A DNA stretch of 64,000 bases from Ostrea edulis (lineage: Eukaryota), in contig NC_079170.1 in assembly GCF_947568905.1 (NCBI RefSeq), positions 27,156,001-27,220,000 on the forward strand. The letters run 5' to 3'. Shown in pieces: positions 39,210 to 52,287 of this stretch. Under the pieces are notes generated by a model. It saw only the letters and a list, made by a program, of their open reading frames with translations. It was not told the origin of the DNA and did no database searches. Each line of letters starts with the position of its first letter. The stretch's first letter is position 1. The position numbers and the translations under genes were made by a program.

Positions 39210-40240
39210 TCCAGCACAGCGATTACAAAGCAATAAAAGATACTAAATAATCAATGGTTGTTAAGCTTTGCGTCCTGACCAGGCCTGTCTTCGATTAAGA
39301 TGTCACCATCGTTGTTCTGCAGTAGGTAAAGCGTCTGACTAGCATGTGGATTCAGGGTTGGTTTTAGATGCAGAAAATAACATTGATATATTTATACCTT
39401 CTTTATGGCTTTTATCTGCACATCTTTACTTGTTCAACTCCTCAAGTTACAATACATATTGTTACGATCTATTTAAAAGGTGGTGAAAAACCACTTGTTG
39501 GCTGATAGACTCCGCCCTAATGTGTCAGCACGTGCTCATATTTAAAAAAAAATAATGGCGTTCATTGTGTGTAGTTGGACAATAGGACTGTAAAAGTTAA
39601 AATTGGCATTGTGGTATAACTTTTTTTAAATACAACACACACTGACGCTGTTCCAAATGAGATACCACGTACATGTATTACCGTATCTGATTCTGAATGA
39701 ACACGGTTAGTCTGCACATCTTGCAATTGCAAGAATTACTTCATTTTGTCGTATACATGCAGAGGATAGCCATACAATATTGACAAGTCGCAAGTCATTT
39801 TGGTTATTCATAAGAACTAAAATGTCTAATATAAGAAGTTCAGAACCAAACATGTAGAAAAACAAACAAAAAAACATCCTTTCAAAATTACTTTTGATAT
39901 CCATAAATCAATACATGAATATTCTACATTTATTAGAAAGTGATGACAATCTTATCATCATAAACATATTCAATTGTGCAAAAAAATTATCATCGGTTAC
40001 AGAATATTTAACATCATTCACTTCAAATTTCTTATGACCTGCTGTTGCAAAATAAATTTCTTTTAACTTGAAACTATTAAAATCAAGATTTGTGCGATTG
40101 ATGATTTAATATTGGATCTGCAGATCCCAAGGAGGGAGAAATCTTGGAAACCTATCCCTATTTTCGGTATACTGTCGATATTTCCCTTACAATAACATGA
40201 AATAAAACTCAATACTAAAACTACAATTTTATTGACATCC
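39210..40240 (-). pseudogene. C1qDC copy G4, highly decayed (gC1q remnant ~39210-39600, signal-exon remnant ~40188-40240)
   Basis: Fragments KYEHVLTH*GGVYQPTSG, ASQTL and LFSIF; upstream NKIVVLVLSFISCY T|GTAAGG resembles the paralogous signal exons. Confidence 0.68.
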
Positions 40241-41301
40241 CTATAACATTGCTCTAATGTATAAGACGCTCGGGTGAATTTTACGAACACTGATACTTTT
40301 TTGTTACATTTTCGAATAATTTAATTCTTATTGTATCCTTGTTTCTGATTGGTCAAATTCCAATTGAGGAACGCAAGTTATTTTTGTATAACCTGGTTTG
40401 GTATGGGGACACCCCCCCCCCCTTGACAACCAGACGCCGGGACTATTTTTTTCTCTGTCTAGAATTACACCGCAGGACTGTTTTCAGCCTTCTACGGAAT
40501 AGAAAGTCAACGTTTACAATAAGATATTTCGGTTTCATACACAAATTGTTTTCTCGTCGTCAATATTATCATCTACTTGTAATTGTACGGAAATAACTGT
40601 TATAAAAGATCTTTTGAAAATCTCTGTATGCATGGTCGAATAATAGATTAAAACTAAGATATTATATTAGAATTAATGATTTGCCAAGTAATATAAGCAT
40701 TACCTTGTTTATTTTGAAATACATTTCTCACTGGGTAAAAGGGGGGTCATTGCTTGATCCGTCTTTTAACAAAGCAAACAAGAATGCATACGTCACATTT
40801 TATTACATCACGTCAGACACATTGACATGTGGATCGCGATTTGTCATGTGCTTACATATTTTTGTGTCGAATTTACTATTAGTGACAACGTTGCATACAA
40901 GGGTAGGTTTTCATGTAATAGAAGTTTTTACAGAGTTAAAAGCCGCAAATTATTGCATTTTCTATTTGAAAATGTATTTTGGCTAGGCCTAAAGAATGCA
41001 ATTTCCCGTCTTTTCTCAATCTGTCGGAGATGAGCGACTTCAAAGTCGATCTCTATCTCTAAAGGGCAGCGAAATACGCATTACATGTATAGTCTACACA
41101 TATTTTCTATCATAACAAACTTCACCTTCGATACAATATTTCGATTAATAGGCTAGGCTCCATAGAACTAAGATAAAAGATGGCGACCTTCGCAACACAA
41201 GGGACGCCACTCGGCATATAACGAGTGGCGAAAGGCGACCCAACAGGGCAATAATAAGTGCTACTGGTTACATTGAAAGAGTGCACATGTATATATATGA
41301 C

Positions 41302-41524
41302 ATAATCATGTCATTCGATCCGCGGACTTTACGATACCATTTATTCCGTAAATGTGACTTTTTAAAACGGAATAAATAATATGATTAGTTAACATGTGTA
41401 AAAATATAAAAGTATTAGTAACTATTTAGTCCGTGTGTCGACTATCTATAATTATATATCTTTACACATATATATAACCATGATAACGATATTGTTAAGT
41501 GCGCGGATCGAATAACATGATTAT
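41302..41524. mobile_element. ~225-bp MITE with ~35-bp imperfect TIRs
   Basis: ATAATCATGTCATTCGATCCGCGGACTT and AAGTGCGCGGATCGAATAACATGATTAT. Confidence 0.7.
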
Positions 41525-41648
41525 ACCCACTGTTTTACTAATCAATAATAGTTCAATCATTAAATTTACATTTGATTTATAAATGCATTACAAAATCTAG
41601 ACAATAAATCTAACATCCAAAGTACTTCTCAATTAATTCTAAAATATA

Positions 41649-41651
<3 letters not shown>

Positions 41652-41706
<55 letters not shown>
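41652..41706. repeat. (CT)n microsatellite; paralogue at ~58165-58233
   Basis: Direct reading. Confidence 0.95.
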
Positions 41707-41718
<12 letters not shown>

Positions 41719-41902
41719 GGGGGGGGGCTGTTTAGACTAGGCTCCGCCTACATTTTCACCGCCGAACGGTCATGAGATGGGTTATTCGCTATATATACCT
41801 GCATGTCTCGTCCTCTGTAAGACATTTAAGGGGTATGTATTGGAATAAGCATTTACGTACATTACATAATATCAAATACATTATCGTATTTTTTCTCTAA
41901 AG

Positions 41903-42998
41903 GTTTTCCAAATGTAGTCTGCTGTGTTAACGGTACTTTAATCAGAATGCGATGTCCCTTACAGAATGAAGCTGAATTTATCTGTCGGAAAGGCTATTAT
42001 GCAATCAATGTTCAGGTACATTTGTACATGTATGTCAATATATTGGCTACCGGAATATTTTCGTTTTATTTTTGCATATTTTGCCCTCCTCTCAAATAGT
42101 ACAACGAACTGGATGATTTGTTTTTATCATTGAAGATGACATGTGATGGAACTTTCCGCTTCGTCCATTGTGTTGCCAAATGGCCCGGTAGTGTACATGA
42201 CTCCCGTGTCTTCAGGGAGTCCTCCTTCGCGAGATTATTTGAAACTGGTAAGACTGATAATACAAATAGATACATGTATCACAGTGATTCTATACATGTC
42301 TGTGCGTATACCAAATGACAGAAAAAAATAATTTGTCCAGTTGATTATTTTCACCTTATTTATGATGCATATTTAACGAATTCTGAATTTTCACAATTTC
42401 ATCCACTGTATTGTCCCTCCATATCCACTTCTATGCAAGTACTTGTTATTTCATCAACACAGAATTAATTAATACTCTTTTTATTAGGTGCCAGGATAGG
42501 TCTTATTCTTGGGGACCCGGGTTACGGACTGAAAAAATCCCTTATGGTTCCTTATTTGACCCCCAGAACTAGGGAAGAGGAAAAATTCAACACAGCCCTC
42601 TGTCGAACCAGGGTTACCAATGAACAGGCGTTCAACATTCTAAAAAGAAGGTTTCCTTGCCTTCAGGTTGGTGAGTGCAGTTATACAATTATAAAGATCT
42701 GATAACATACATGTAGTACCAATGAATTTGATACGATTTTTAATTCGACTTGTTGAAGTAATAAAACCAATTTATTATCACTTTCTTAAAAGGTTTGAGA
42801 GTGCAGCCCGACAGAGTCTGTGCAACAGTGATTGCATGTGTGATACTTCACAACTTAGGGATTGACAAGTGCGACATTGTTGACCCACCTCCCGTCAACA
42901 GACGTTTGATGGATGAGGTAGCCTTGCCTTATGCTGGACGTCGAAAAGAGACGAAGACTGTCCAAGATCATATCGCCAATACTTTCGTTGGACAGTAA
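41903..42998 (+). pseudogene. Harbinger (HARBI1-like) nuclease, 4 visible exons, N-terminus absent
   Basis: Exons 41903-42015, 42136-42247, 42488-42670 and 42793-42998 with GT-AG ends: GFPNVVCCVNGT..KGYYAINVQ|MTCD..WPGSVHDSRVF..GDPGY..EQAFNILKRRFPCL..ACVILHN. The DGT aspartate is N in this copy. Confidence 0.88.
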
Positions 42999-43046
42999 CC
43001 TGTATGTGAAATTCATAATCAAAATATAGTTTGATTTATGTATTTA

Positions 43047-45190
43047 TTAGCATTCTGATACGAGTTTTCCTTTCAACAGCCGCAGAACTTCTCTCTCTTC
43101 TTTTATCTTTTCCTTCTTCTCTACCAATACCTCCACTTCCATCAGCTTTCGCTTCTCAACCCTCAGAACCTCTTTCAGCATTTGAATGAGACTCTTCTCC
43201 TTCCTAGGTGGAGCGCTGGACACTTTTGATGATGCGCAGTACATGTAGGACTGTTGTGGGTCACTGAATGCCTGCTGCGAAGCGCCACCGGTTGTCTTAC
43301 CACATTCCACTTCAAGATCTAAAATAAAATGCCAATATCTTTTATTGCTTCAGTATTATATTTCGACCACAAAAAACGTAGGCAAAGGCGAATCCAGAAT
43401 TTCCAGAAACGGTGTGGGGCACATTATGTCCGGCACATGAGAAAGTCAAGTATTAGCCAAAATACTCAGCCATGTTTTAGTTGCCAAATATGGAGTTTTC
43501 ATCTATATATGCCAGTAATGCTTTGTAAATTTGGCGCGAAAGGGGGATGCCCCTCTTAATTTGCCACTGATAGTAATAGTAGTATTAAACATATAATTCT
43601 TACCACCCGAATCAAACCCTTCACTCAATCCCTCTACTGATGGCCTTCCGTCCATTGTCTCGATAATGGCCTCCTGAATAGAAGTAGGCGAAGCGGTCTT
43701 CGGCCCGCCCCACGTTTGTGGTATATTCATTTTGGAAACTTTCTCCTTGGCTTTAAAATAAACATATATTGTATTATTATTCTTTTTAGTAAGCATTTCC
43801 TAGTTTTCAAAGAATAGACATGTTGGTATGTACTTGATTTCGAGGTCGAGGAGTTGTAACTTTCTATCGTAGGACTTCCAAGTTTCTATTTGTCTATTAG
43901 ATCTATTTGTGGAGAATTTCGATTTGTGAGTATCAGAGTTGGTGAAAGATTCCAGACTACCAGATACAACAAAACATTTTTAGAAGAAATATAACTATTC
44001 ACTTCCGTTGCAATAGCTCCGATTTTCGTCAATTTTGTGAAAATTAGATGTAATAGATCACGTTAATGTTGGCCAGATTGAAGTTGTGTATTTATTGCAA
44101 TGTCGAGTGATTAAACAATTACACCACATATAATACTTGTCTATTATTACATTGTACTGTATGGAATTTTCGGGGGAGAGGGGGGTACCTACTTTCATTT
44201 TTGAATTTTCCGACCTTGTTGTCCATTTTGAAAATTAATCAAAGGTGCTAAAATCGCAAATTTTATGGTGCATGTAACCTACGCATAGTAAAAGGAGTAA
44301 TTGATCCAAAAAATGGTTACATTTATTCCACAAATATTTTTTGTAAACTGGGGGTTGGGGATATATCCATCTATGAGCTAAAAAGGATGAAAATGATACT
44401 ACAACAAAATTGATAAGAAAATCTAATCCTGTGTTATAAAAAAAATAGAGAGCTGTTAAACACAAAATTATTCTTAATCTACAGGACATACTGTCTTGTA
44501 GATTTTTTTACGCTCTTTCACCAACTCTGGGGTATGCCCATGTTCAACGAATAAGAAACCCCGTGGAAATTATATAGTACATTTTAATTCAAGTGCATAT
44601 CAATTTTTAAAGTGTTTTAATTGCAAACATGTAGTAGAAAATCTACAATTATATATGTACCTCTGTTCTTTAAATTGCCATATTGCTTCGCCGCCGCTTT
44701 CCCACTCTGCAAATAAAATATTAGGTAACTTTTCCTCTTTATACTATTATTGTTTTAAAGATACCTTTACACTACGTTTATAAAGTTGTGAATTTATTTT
44801 TAAAATTGAAAGTAATATTTGCATTTTATATATATCGAAAGTTGATTTAAATGGGGGGGGGGGATCATTTGTAACGAAATATCTAGGTATCAGTTAGAGT
44901 TGAAAGTTGCAAGTTCTTGTTAATATAAATATATCATGTAAATAAAATTGACCACTCACTCATTAACCACTCTAGCCACGGTTTCCCATTCTACCTCTCT
45001 CTCTTTTTTTCCCTCTCCCCGGTCCCTTAAACTTGCCGAACAATTTTCCTTCCAGTTTGTTAACTGTTTCTATGAGAATGGTTTGCTCCAGAGTAGTCCG
45101 CGCTGGTTTTCTTTTCACTGCTGTGGCCATTACAGGTTCCATTATTTCACACATTACCGGATGAGACATCTCGATGGGGGTATACAATAA
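43047..45190 (-). pseudogene. Harbinger Myb/SANT-like DNA-binding protein gene, frameshifted
   Basis: KRKPARTTLEQ..LFGKFKG..EWETVARVVNE|GTGAGT; KAKEK..GGP..RPSVEGLSEGFDSG; C-terminal coiled coil LRVEKRKL..EKKEKIKEE. Confidence 0.78.
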
Positions 45191-47825
45191 TGCAGCCCCT
45201 GGAGTTGACGACAAATCAATGATGTTGTATAGGATGTCTAAATCTGACATTTTTGTTGATACATGCGTACCATAATATATACCGTCATCAAAACATTTAA
45301 ACATTACGTCACAATGCCCTGTGATGATGTTACGGACGTGAAGTATAAAGAAACAAACAAACAAGGAATCTTCTAAGATTTTTATTGGGTTTTTTAAAAC
45401 CTGGCCACATACAACATTTACAATTAGTTGAGTTTTATTTGGAATGTTTTTACTCTCCTGAGTTGAGTAAAATGAACGTTCGTGGCACACTTATTTGAGT
45501 CGAAACTCAGGAGAGTAGAATTAATTTTTCTCAACTCAAATTTGAGTTGAGTAAAATCCAACGTTCGTGATCCCGGGGTCTGGTAGCACGTTGAGCATCA
45601 AATGTAACAGATTCCAGTATAAGCCTCTGTTGAGGATTGAATTCAGGATCTCTGGCACGACAGTTAAGTGTTCTACCACTCGACCTAATGGTTATCCAAC
45701 ACTACCACATCACAACATTCTCAATCATGAAAAGATGAAGATAACAAACTGTGATCAATATTATGTCAAATTATATTTCATGCTTCGACTCTGAATAAAA
45801 ATAGATTTTTTGAAATTGTTTCTTCTTTCTTATGTGGGAATTACGTATTTTTGAATGGAATATTGTTTCATTTGTAACGTTGTGAATGCAGAAACATAAC
45901 GTAAAACAAAATTCTGGAAAAAATCTAAGTGATGCTGTGTTATATTATGTATATCTACATAGTATGTTATCTATATATGCTATGACAACATCCTAATGAA
46001 AGAGAGAAGAAATCTAAAAAAAAAAAAAAAAAAAAGCACACAAAAACCCACTCGATGTTGTAAAACTGCATTATAAACATATTGCTTCCTGTTAGGCCTA
46101 TCTGTATTTTTTCATCATTTCAGCCGCTCTAATCCTCGATATTCACAGAATACTGAATTACCGAAATATCCTTAATCATATATTGTTCGACATATTTTGG
46201 TTTTTCTACGCTTTGCAACATTTTCTACGTTTATATTTGAACTAGTCAGCAGTATTGATAGTTGTGATAATTATCTATGGAGAAATCAGGACAGATGTGT
46301 CCTGTGTAAATAATTGACAATGTTTTCATATCAGCTGATTTTCCGCCTGTTTGAACTAGTCAGTAGTATGGTTATTTGTGTAAATTGTTTATGGGGAAAT
46401 CTGGACAGATCTGTTGAAATCCTGTGTAATGATAGTACGAAATATCCTATATTTGCTGATTTGCCCCTTTGTCTTTGTGAATCTTTATTTTCGTAATTGT
46501 TCCCCCTTTAATAAATAACATTTTTTATTTTCACATTGTTTTTTCTGTGTGTATGTCTGCGTGTGTTTTGCTAATTAAAGCAAAAATAGCTTTGGTGAGC
46601 TGTTTTCGTGTGCGCTGAACAGTATGAGACAAATCTGTTTATCGAAATACAGTGGAGCCTCGGTAATCCGGACGCCATTAATCCGGACGCTTCACCTTCC
46701 GGACGATTCTTCTAGGGAACGGAATTTTTATACATTATTTTGCATCATTAATCCGGAAATTCGCGTTCCGGATCCGGACGGTCACTTTTTACTACAAAAC
46801 ATTATAATGCATTGAAAATTGTACCGTTAATCCGGACGGTAATTTTGTTTAGGGAAGGTCTGTGTCGGACAATTTTAGCAAGGCGTAAATTATAAAGAAA
46901 ACAAGCCACACTGTCTAATTGAAGCGATTACCTGTACCCTGTCAACACCTCCCTCCAATTAGGTGGTGTGTGATGATAAGTCCGTTAGATAGCACGTGCC
47001 GATCGAGACATTGTATTGCCAATTTTCGCACATAAGATCGTTATTGCGTGTAGTGTTGAATTTTGTAAATAAATCTGTAGCATATTATTTTATAGTCTTG
47101 ATCAATAGCCTAATAGTATTAATAAATTAAACATCATGCCGTAATGATAAAAAAATTTTAACTGCTACACATGTCAATTATGCTGATTCGTAAATTGATA
47201 TCGGCTTATTCAAATCTAAAGAGTGTAGATTATACTTCTAGATTCTGGATTTTATACTGTTGATTGGCGTGAAATATACATGTATGTTCATGCACATGTA
47301 TATGTAGTATAAGGTTTTAACGTTTAGAATGTCACGCATGTAGAATGTACCTGTGTACGATTGATTCCTATTACGATGTTGTAGAGCTTTATTGCTTTCG
47401 GATTTTTAAACTCTGGGTAGAAGTGAGAAAATTACCATTTTAAGGAAAATCACAATTAAATTCTGTATGTACCTGTAATGTTAGTTTCACCCGAGTTTTG
47501 TTCCGTTATTATCGCATTATGAAAATAATAGATGCGCGTGACTAGATCAAAGCAGTAGTAGGTCTTAATATTACGAGCTTAAATGATTTTGTTCTCCCGA
47601 TATTGTCTTGGATAATTATAGAATAAGAAATATAAACTCTGGCAGATTGAATTTTGGTTAAAGAATGTTGTCAACTGACATGATAATCACGAAATTCTTA
47701 TATCAACTTTGGACGATGAAGATTGTTTTAACAGACCGCCGAACCCGTGAATCCTGACAGATGGAAATTACCGGCCTCTTTAAGAAGTAAAAGTGTGATG
47801 AAATGTTTGAAGTGTAAATGATTAT

Positions 47826-50800
47826 CACTCAAAGTCAATAAAAGCGTGCAATCGATGTCGCCGGCACTTTATTAGAAAATAAGCTATATCAAATCATATA
47901 TTTTGTGTGCTATACATTCATGGACCCATAGCCTCCCTAGGCATGGTATACTTTCTATTTCCCCTTTACTTATAAACTTGGTAGGAAGCATAGATACCCT
48001 AAATTTGTAACATACGTGACTGTCGCCGACTCAATTTTTAAAAGGGAACAAGGAAATATAAAAATCTGAGAGCGTGTTTTTTAATTTTCTTTGCGTTTAT
48101 ATCATTTGTATTTCCTAAATTTTCATTCAATAAAAGTTTAACACCTTTTGCGTATGATTTTAAGCAGTAGTGTATATATTACTCCATGTCGCCAGATTAT
48201 ATTATGTGATCATAGGGTCAATTAAACACCCAATATATGAACAAAGATTTCGTATTGTCTTTATGTTTTTGATCTATTTTGGCGCTAAAATATTCAAAAA
48301 CTTTGGGAAAATATTCGTCAAGCGATATTTGGATGTGGCATTGAGAAGAAGTCATCATTATTCTCAAAATTTTGCATTCTGATTTTAGAAATGTAACATA
48401 CGATACAATACTTTTTTTTATGAAAACGTATTTGCAGAGCAAATGTTACCCCTTTTATGAAAATCTCGTAGTGTACAGAGAATGAAAATATAAACATTTC
48501 TTTTGCAGAAGTCATCGGTTGGTCTGAAATTTGACAAACGTGTCAAGATGTAACATTCGTGATGTAACATTCGTTACCGAGAAATTAATTAAAAGGAATG
48601 ATATCACATTTTCCGGCGTATTTTTGCTCTCTGTCTGCATGATGTGGTATACGACATGAATGTCTACCATGAACATTTGAGTTTGAAAGTCAATACGTGT
48701 TAAACTTTGAGAATTAGGATTAATTTTCTCTTACGGTAAGTACTGTTACAACAACTGCAATGTTTGATATACAATATTGATTAAGCAGATGGAATGTTTT
48801 GGTCTGAATTTGTTCTTCTGATATCAAAGAATATATATCGTATTCCAAATATCTCGAAATCCCTCTGGTGTAAGAATTACATTGAGTAGAACGCTGGTAA
48901 CATACGTTTTTCAAAGTAACGTATGCTACTTAATGAAATGCTTGATTAGACATCAAATATTGAACTACATATTGACAAAATATCATCATTAACGATATGT
49001 TTGTTGAATATCAACTATGTTATGAAGAAACAAATGTGTTATTGTTCCCGTATTCACCAGCATATACAGATATCCTCTGCAAGAAATACAGACCATGTTT
49101 TTTCTCTTCTACTGTCCTATTTATGATACATGTAACTATGCAACTCTACATTTATCAATTTGCTAGAATTCAGCATCTTTTCATAATATACCTTAGAAAT
49201 GAAGGGATTAATCTCTGATGATTGTTCTGTGCAATCTTATAGAGAAATCATTAAAAAATATTTTATCTGAGTGTAACGTATGTTACCAGGAATTCCGTTA
49301 CGTAATATTATTCTACTTGTTCTTAATTTTTTATTTATTTTTTTCAGAAATGGCGCTTGTGAGAGCAGAAGTACAGAATAACTACCATGAAAAAAAAATG
49401 CATTAAAGCATAAGAACAACCATGAAAAAATGTTTTAGAAATAATATTATATGCTCCCCTTGTGGCAATACTGAAAAGGTAGAATGTCTGTATTGACAGT
49501 GAAAATAAAGGTTTAACTACCGGTCAAAGGCTACCATAATGATACATGTAAGTTTTGTATCTCAAAATACTTATAAGCAACTGGTCATTTGAGTAATTTT
49601 GTATGACCTTTGACCTTGTGACTTGAAATCCAATGGGGGGTCATCTATTCATAAGGGGGCACCAGTGTTTCAAGTTTGATGTTTATCAAGGAAAGACTTC
49701 TCAACGGACAATAGCGTATGTCCAGAGTAGTTTAACCGTTGTCCTTTTGACCTCAAAATCAATAGGGGACATCTATGTCTTAAGGTTCACGTTTAATATT
49801 CATTCATAACACCGCGTGGTGGATTATACTGACAGTTTCTATGGAAAGGTATTCCAAAATAAGCAACGAAAACATAAGATTCGGTATACATTTAATCAAA
49901 ATGTTGGGAAATTAAACATTTTCTTTATATTATTATTGTAGACAGATTGTTAGAAATGGGTAAATATGTTTCTTTCCATTTTTTGAATGGAAATGATGTG
50001 TTTACAGTAATGAAAGGAAAAATAAGAAACATACGTTACTTTCATTGTAGCAATCCAGGTTTCAAAACATGTGTCTGTTTTTTCTATAAGAATCATGAGC
50101 ATTTGAATAGCAAAACATCAATCTTTTACTTTTGTTTTAATAGCATATTTATTGCAAATTAACAAATTCAGAAGAAAAGACACATTTGGTATTTTTTTTT
50201 GCTTGTCTACGTTATATTTCTATTAAAATTGGTATTTCCATTGAATTAAGTGATGTCGTTATGATTTTGCAACATCAATCGTAAAGAATAACTGATGATG
50301 ACATCGTTTTGGCATAATATTTTCATGGATGTACTGTTGTGTAAGTGTTGAAACATACGTTACATAATTATAGCGCTACTTCATTTACATACATAAAAGC
50401 TATCGTTCTATATCTATTGCTAGTCTTTTGTTTTCATGTTTCATACATATTGAACTGTTCGAGAATATTTGTTAATCAATTTTATTTTCTGCCATTTCAA
50501 AGATATTGAAAGTGATATCTAGTCGTTTATTTTGCGCTCTTAAAATCTTATTGCTGACTTTTACAGCAGATAATTTCTTGTTGTGTTGATTAAATATTTT
50601 CTTTGAAAACCTGTATTTATTGTCTTTCGCAAATTAGAAAAATATATGCTCAGTCAATTCCAATACAAGTTATGGAATAATACATGGAAAATTAATGTTT
50701 ATCTTACATATTATCATGTCAAGGACTCGGTAACGATGGTTACATGTGAGAAAAATCTCGAAAAATATACCATACTTTGACCTACTGTAAAAAAAAATCT

Positions 50801-50943
50801 GTAATACTTAACTTGAAACAATTTGAGGTGAGTGTTCAACAGATATTTACCATTAATAAAGGCATGTTACCATATATATTTTGAATGGTCGATAAACCAT
50901 GATTTTGAAACCCTCAATTGCACGCTTTTATTGACTTTGGGTG
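47826..50943. mobile_element. Nested ~3.1-kb TIR element without a recognisable ORF
   Basis: CACTCAAAGTCAATAAAAGCGTGCAATCGA (47826) is inverted to TCAATTGCACGCTTTTATTGACTTTGGGTG (50914-50943). Confidence 0.62.
49590..49790. mobile_element. Helentron/HINE-like core repeat fragment
   Basis: TGACCTTTGACCTTGTGAC..AAAATCAATAGGGGACATCT. Confidence 0.55.
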
Positions 50944-51744
50944 TATGTTAGTTACTAATGATTTATTTACTTAATAGTTACATAAAGTGCTTCATTATTT
51001 GTTTTAGTGCATACGGTACACAGTTTTGTATATTTATTTGTAGGGATCATATGTATGTACAATGTAAGAACAGGCAAATACACTGAACACGTACATTAAA
51101 TTTTAGTGCTTTAAAATGCATGTAAATGTTAACATTATCATAATTTATTTACTAATGCAAATGGTCAAATCCAATGATAGAATGTGTTTAATTCACTATG
51201 CATCAATAAAGTAGGCACATATTGGTTACTTATGTAAAGATAGAAAATATGCGATTCAATTATCTGGACGCTTCATTTATCCGGACGATTTTGCTGGGAA
51301 CCAAAGTGTCCGGGTTAACGAGGCTCCACTGTACTCTGAAGTACCATCACAAAAACACAATTTGGAGATTGTCTTTCCTACTTCTAGATGCTTAAATTTT
51401 ATTCCATGTCAGTTTAATTTCCATATTGAACCAGAGGGATAACATTTTTCTTATCTAACCTTGGCAGTCTTTTAATAATATATGAACCATATAACATGGC
51501 TCTGAGAGCTTATTTTAGAGAAAATTCGGATATATTTTCACTATCTGTAATGTAATGTTGTCATCCTGTCTTGAAACCCTACGAGAGCCAGTTTTGCAGA
51601 ATACTTAAAGCGTACCATTCTGCATTGTTTTAATCATCAGATGAGCGTTTCTAGTCTCATGGATCTCTTGTTTTTCAATCAATGAATCAAAACATAAATA
51701 GATGCAGTTTGTGTTTAATAAAGATTAACACTGCACAAATAGAT

Positions 51745-52249
51745 TTATAGTTCGTTAATTAGAAACCCAGAAAATACATTATAAGAGCCGTGGTCATGAA
51801 ATTTAGCTTTTTGGCCGTTCCTGTTCTGGATCCAGATTTTATCCCCCTTGTTTAACAGCAGTTGCAGAGTCTGGCCAGCATGTGGATGAGTTTTGGCAGT
51901 AGAAAACAGGACAGACATCTTTTTGCCATTTTTAACAATATTGACGTGGACATAATTACTTGGATGACTCATCAAGCTACATGAGATGCTGTAGAGACCG
52001 TTATAGGGGGCGGTGAAAACACCAGTTGTTGGTTGATAGGCTCCGCCCCTATTTGTCAAAACTCGGTCATACTTTACCAAAGCGTGAGCGCTCACTGTTG
52101 TGTCTTTAGATAAAAGGGCTGTAAAGGCAACTTTCCTTCCTCTCTGTGGTAAAACAAAAATAAAACATATGAATGTACGAACTTCATTTGGGTAGATTGT
52201 TCATGTTCACAACCATAGTGGATAATAGCAATCTGACTAAAATACAGAC

Positions 52250-52287
<38 letters not shown>

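Larger units (their letters stand above)
41710..45580. mobile_element. PIF/Harbinger transposon, left end missing
   Basis: Convergent DDE nuclease and Myb/SANT-like genes; right terminus AACGTTCGTGATCCCGGGG(T/C)C with repeated GAGTTGAGTAAAAT subterminal motifs. No left TIR found; left border arbitrary. Confidence 0.85.
46650..51331. mobile_element. Non-autonomous Tc1/mariner (pogo/Tigger-like) element with nested inserts
   Basis: TA-CAGTGGAGCCTCGGTAATCCGGAC..GTCCGGGTTAACGAGGCTCCACTG-TA; subterminal ATCCGGAC repeats; empty site at ~63152. Confidence 0.92.
37364..52160. repeat. Segmental duplication unit C (paralogous to 54308-64000)
   Basis: Colinear from TCTAGAATTTCATTC through the C1q remnant, Harbinger and spacer to the gC1q exon. 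C has extra insertions at 37733 and 46650. Confidence 0.93.

Noticed and set aside
44972-45490. 172-aa ORF as a complete protein
   Set aside because: Only the C-terminal third matches the Harbinger Myb-like start; the rest is read-through of subterminal DNA.
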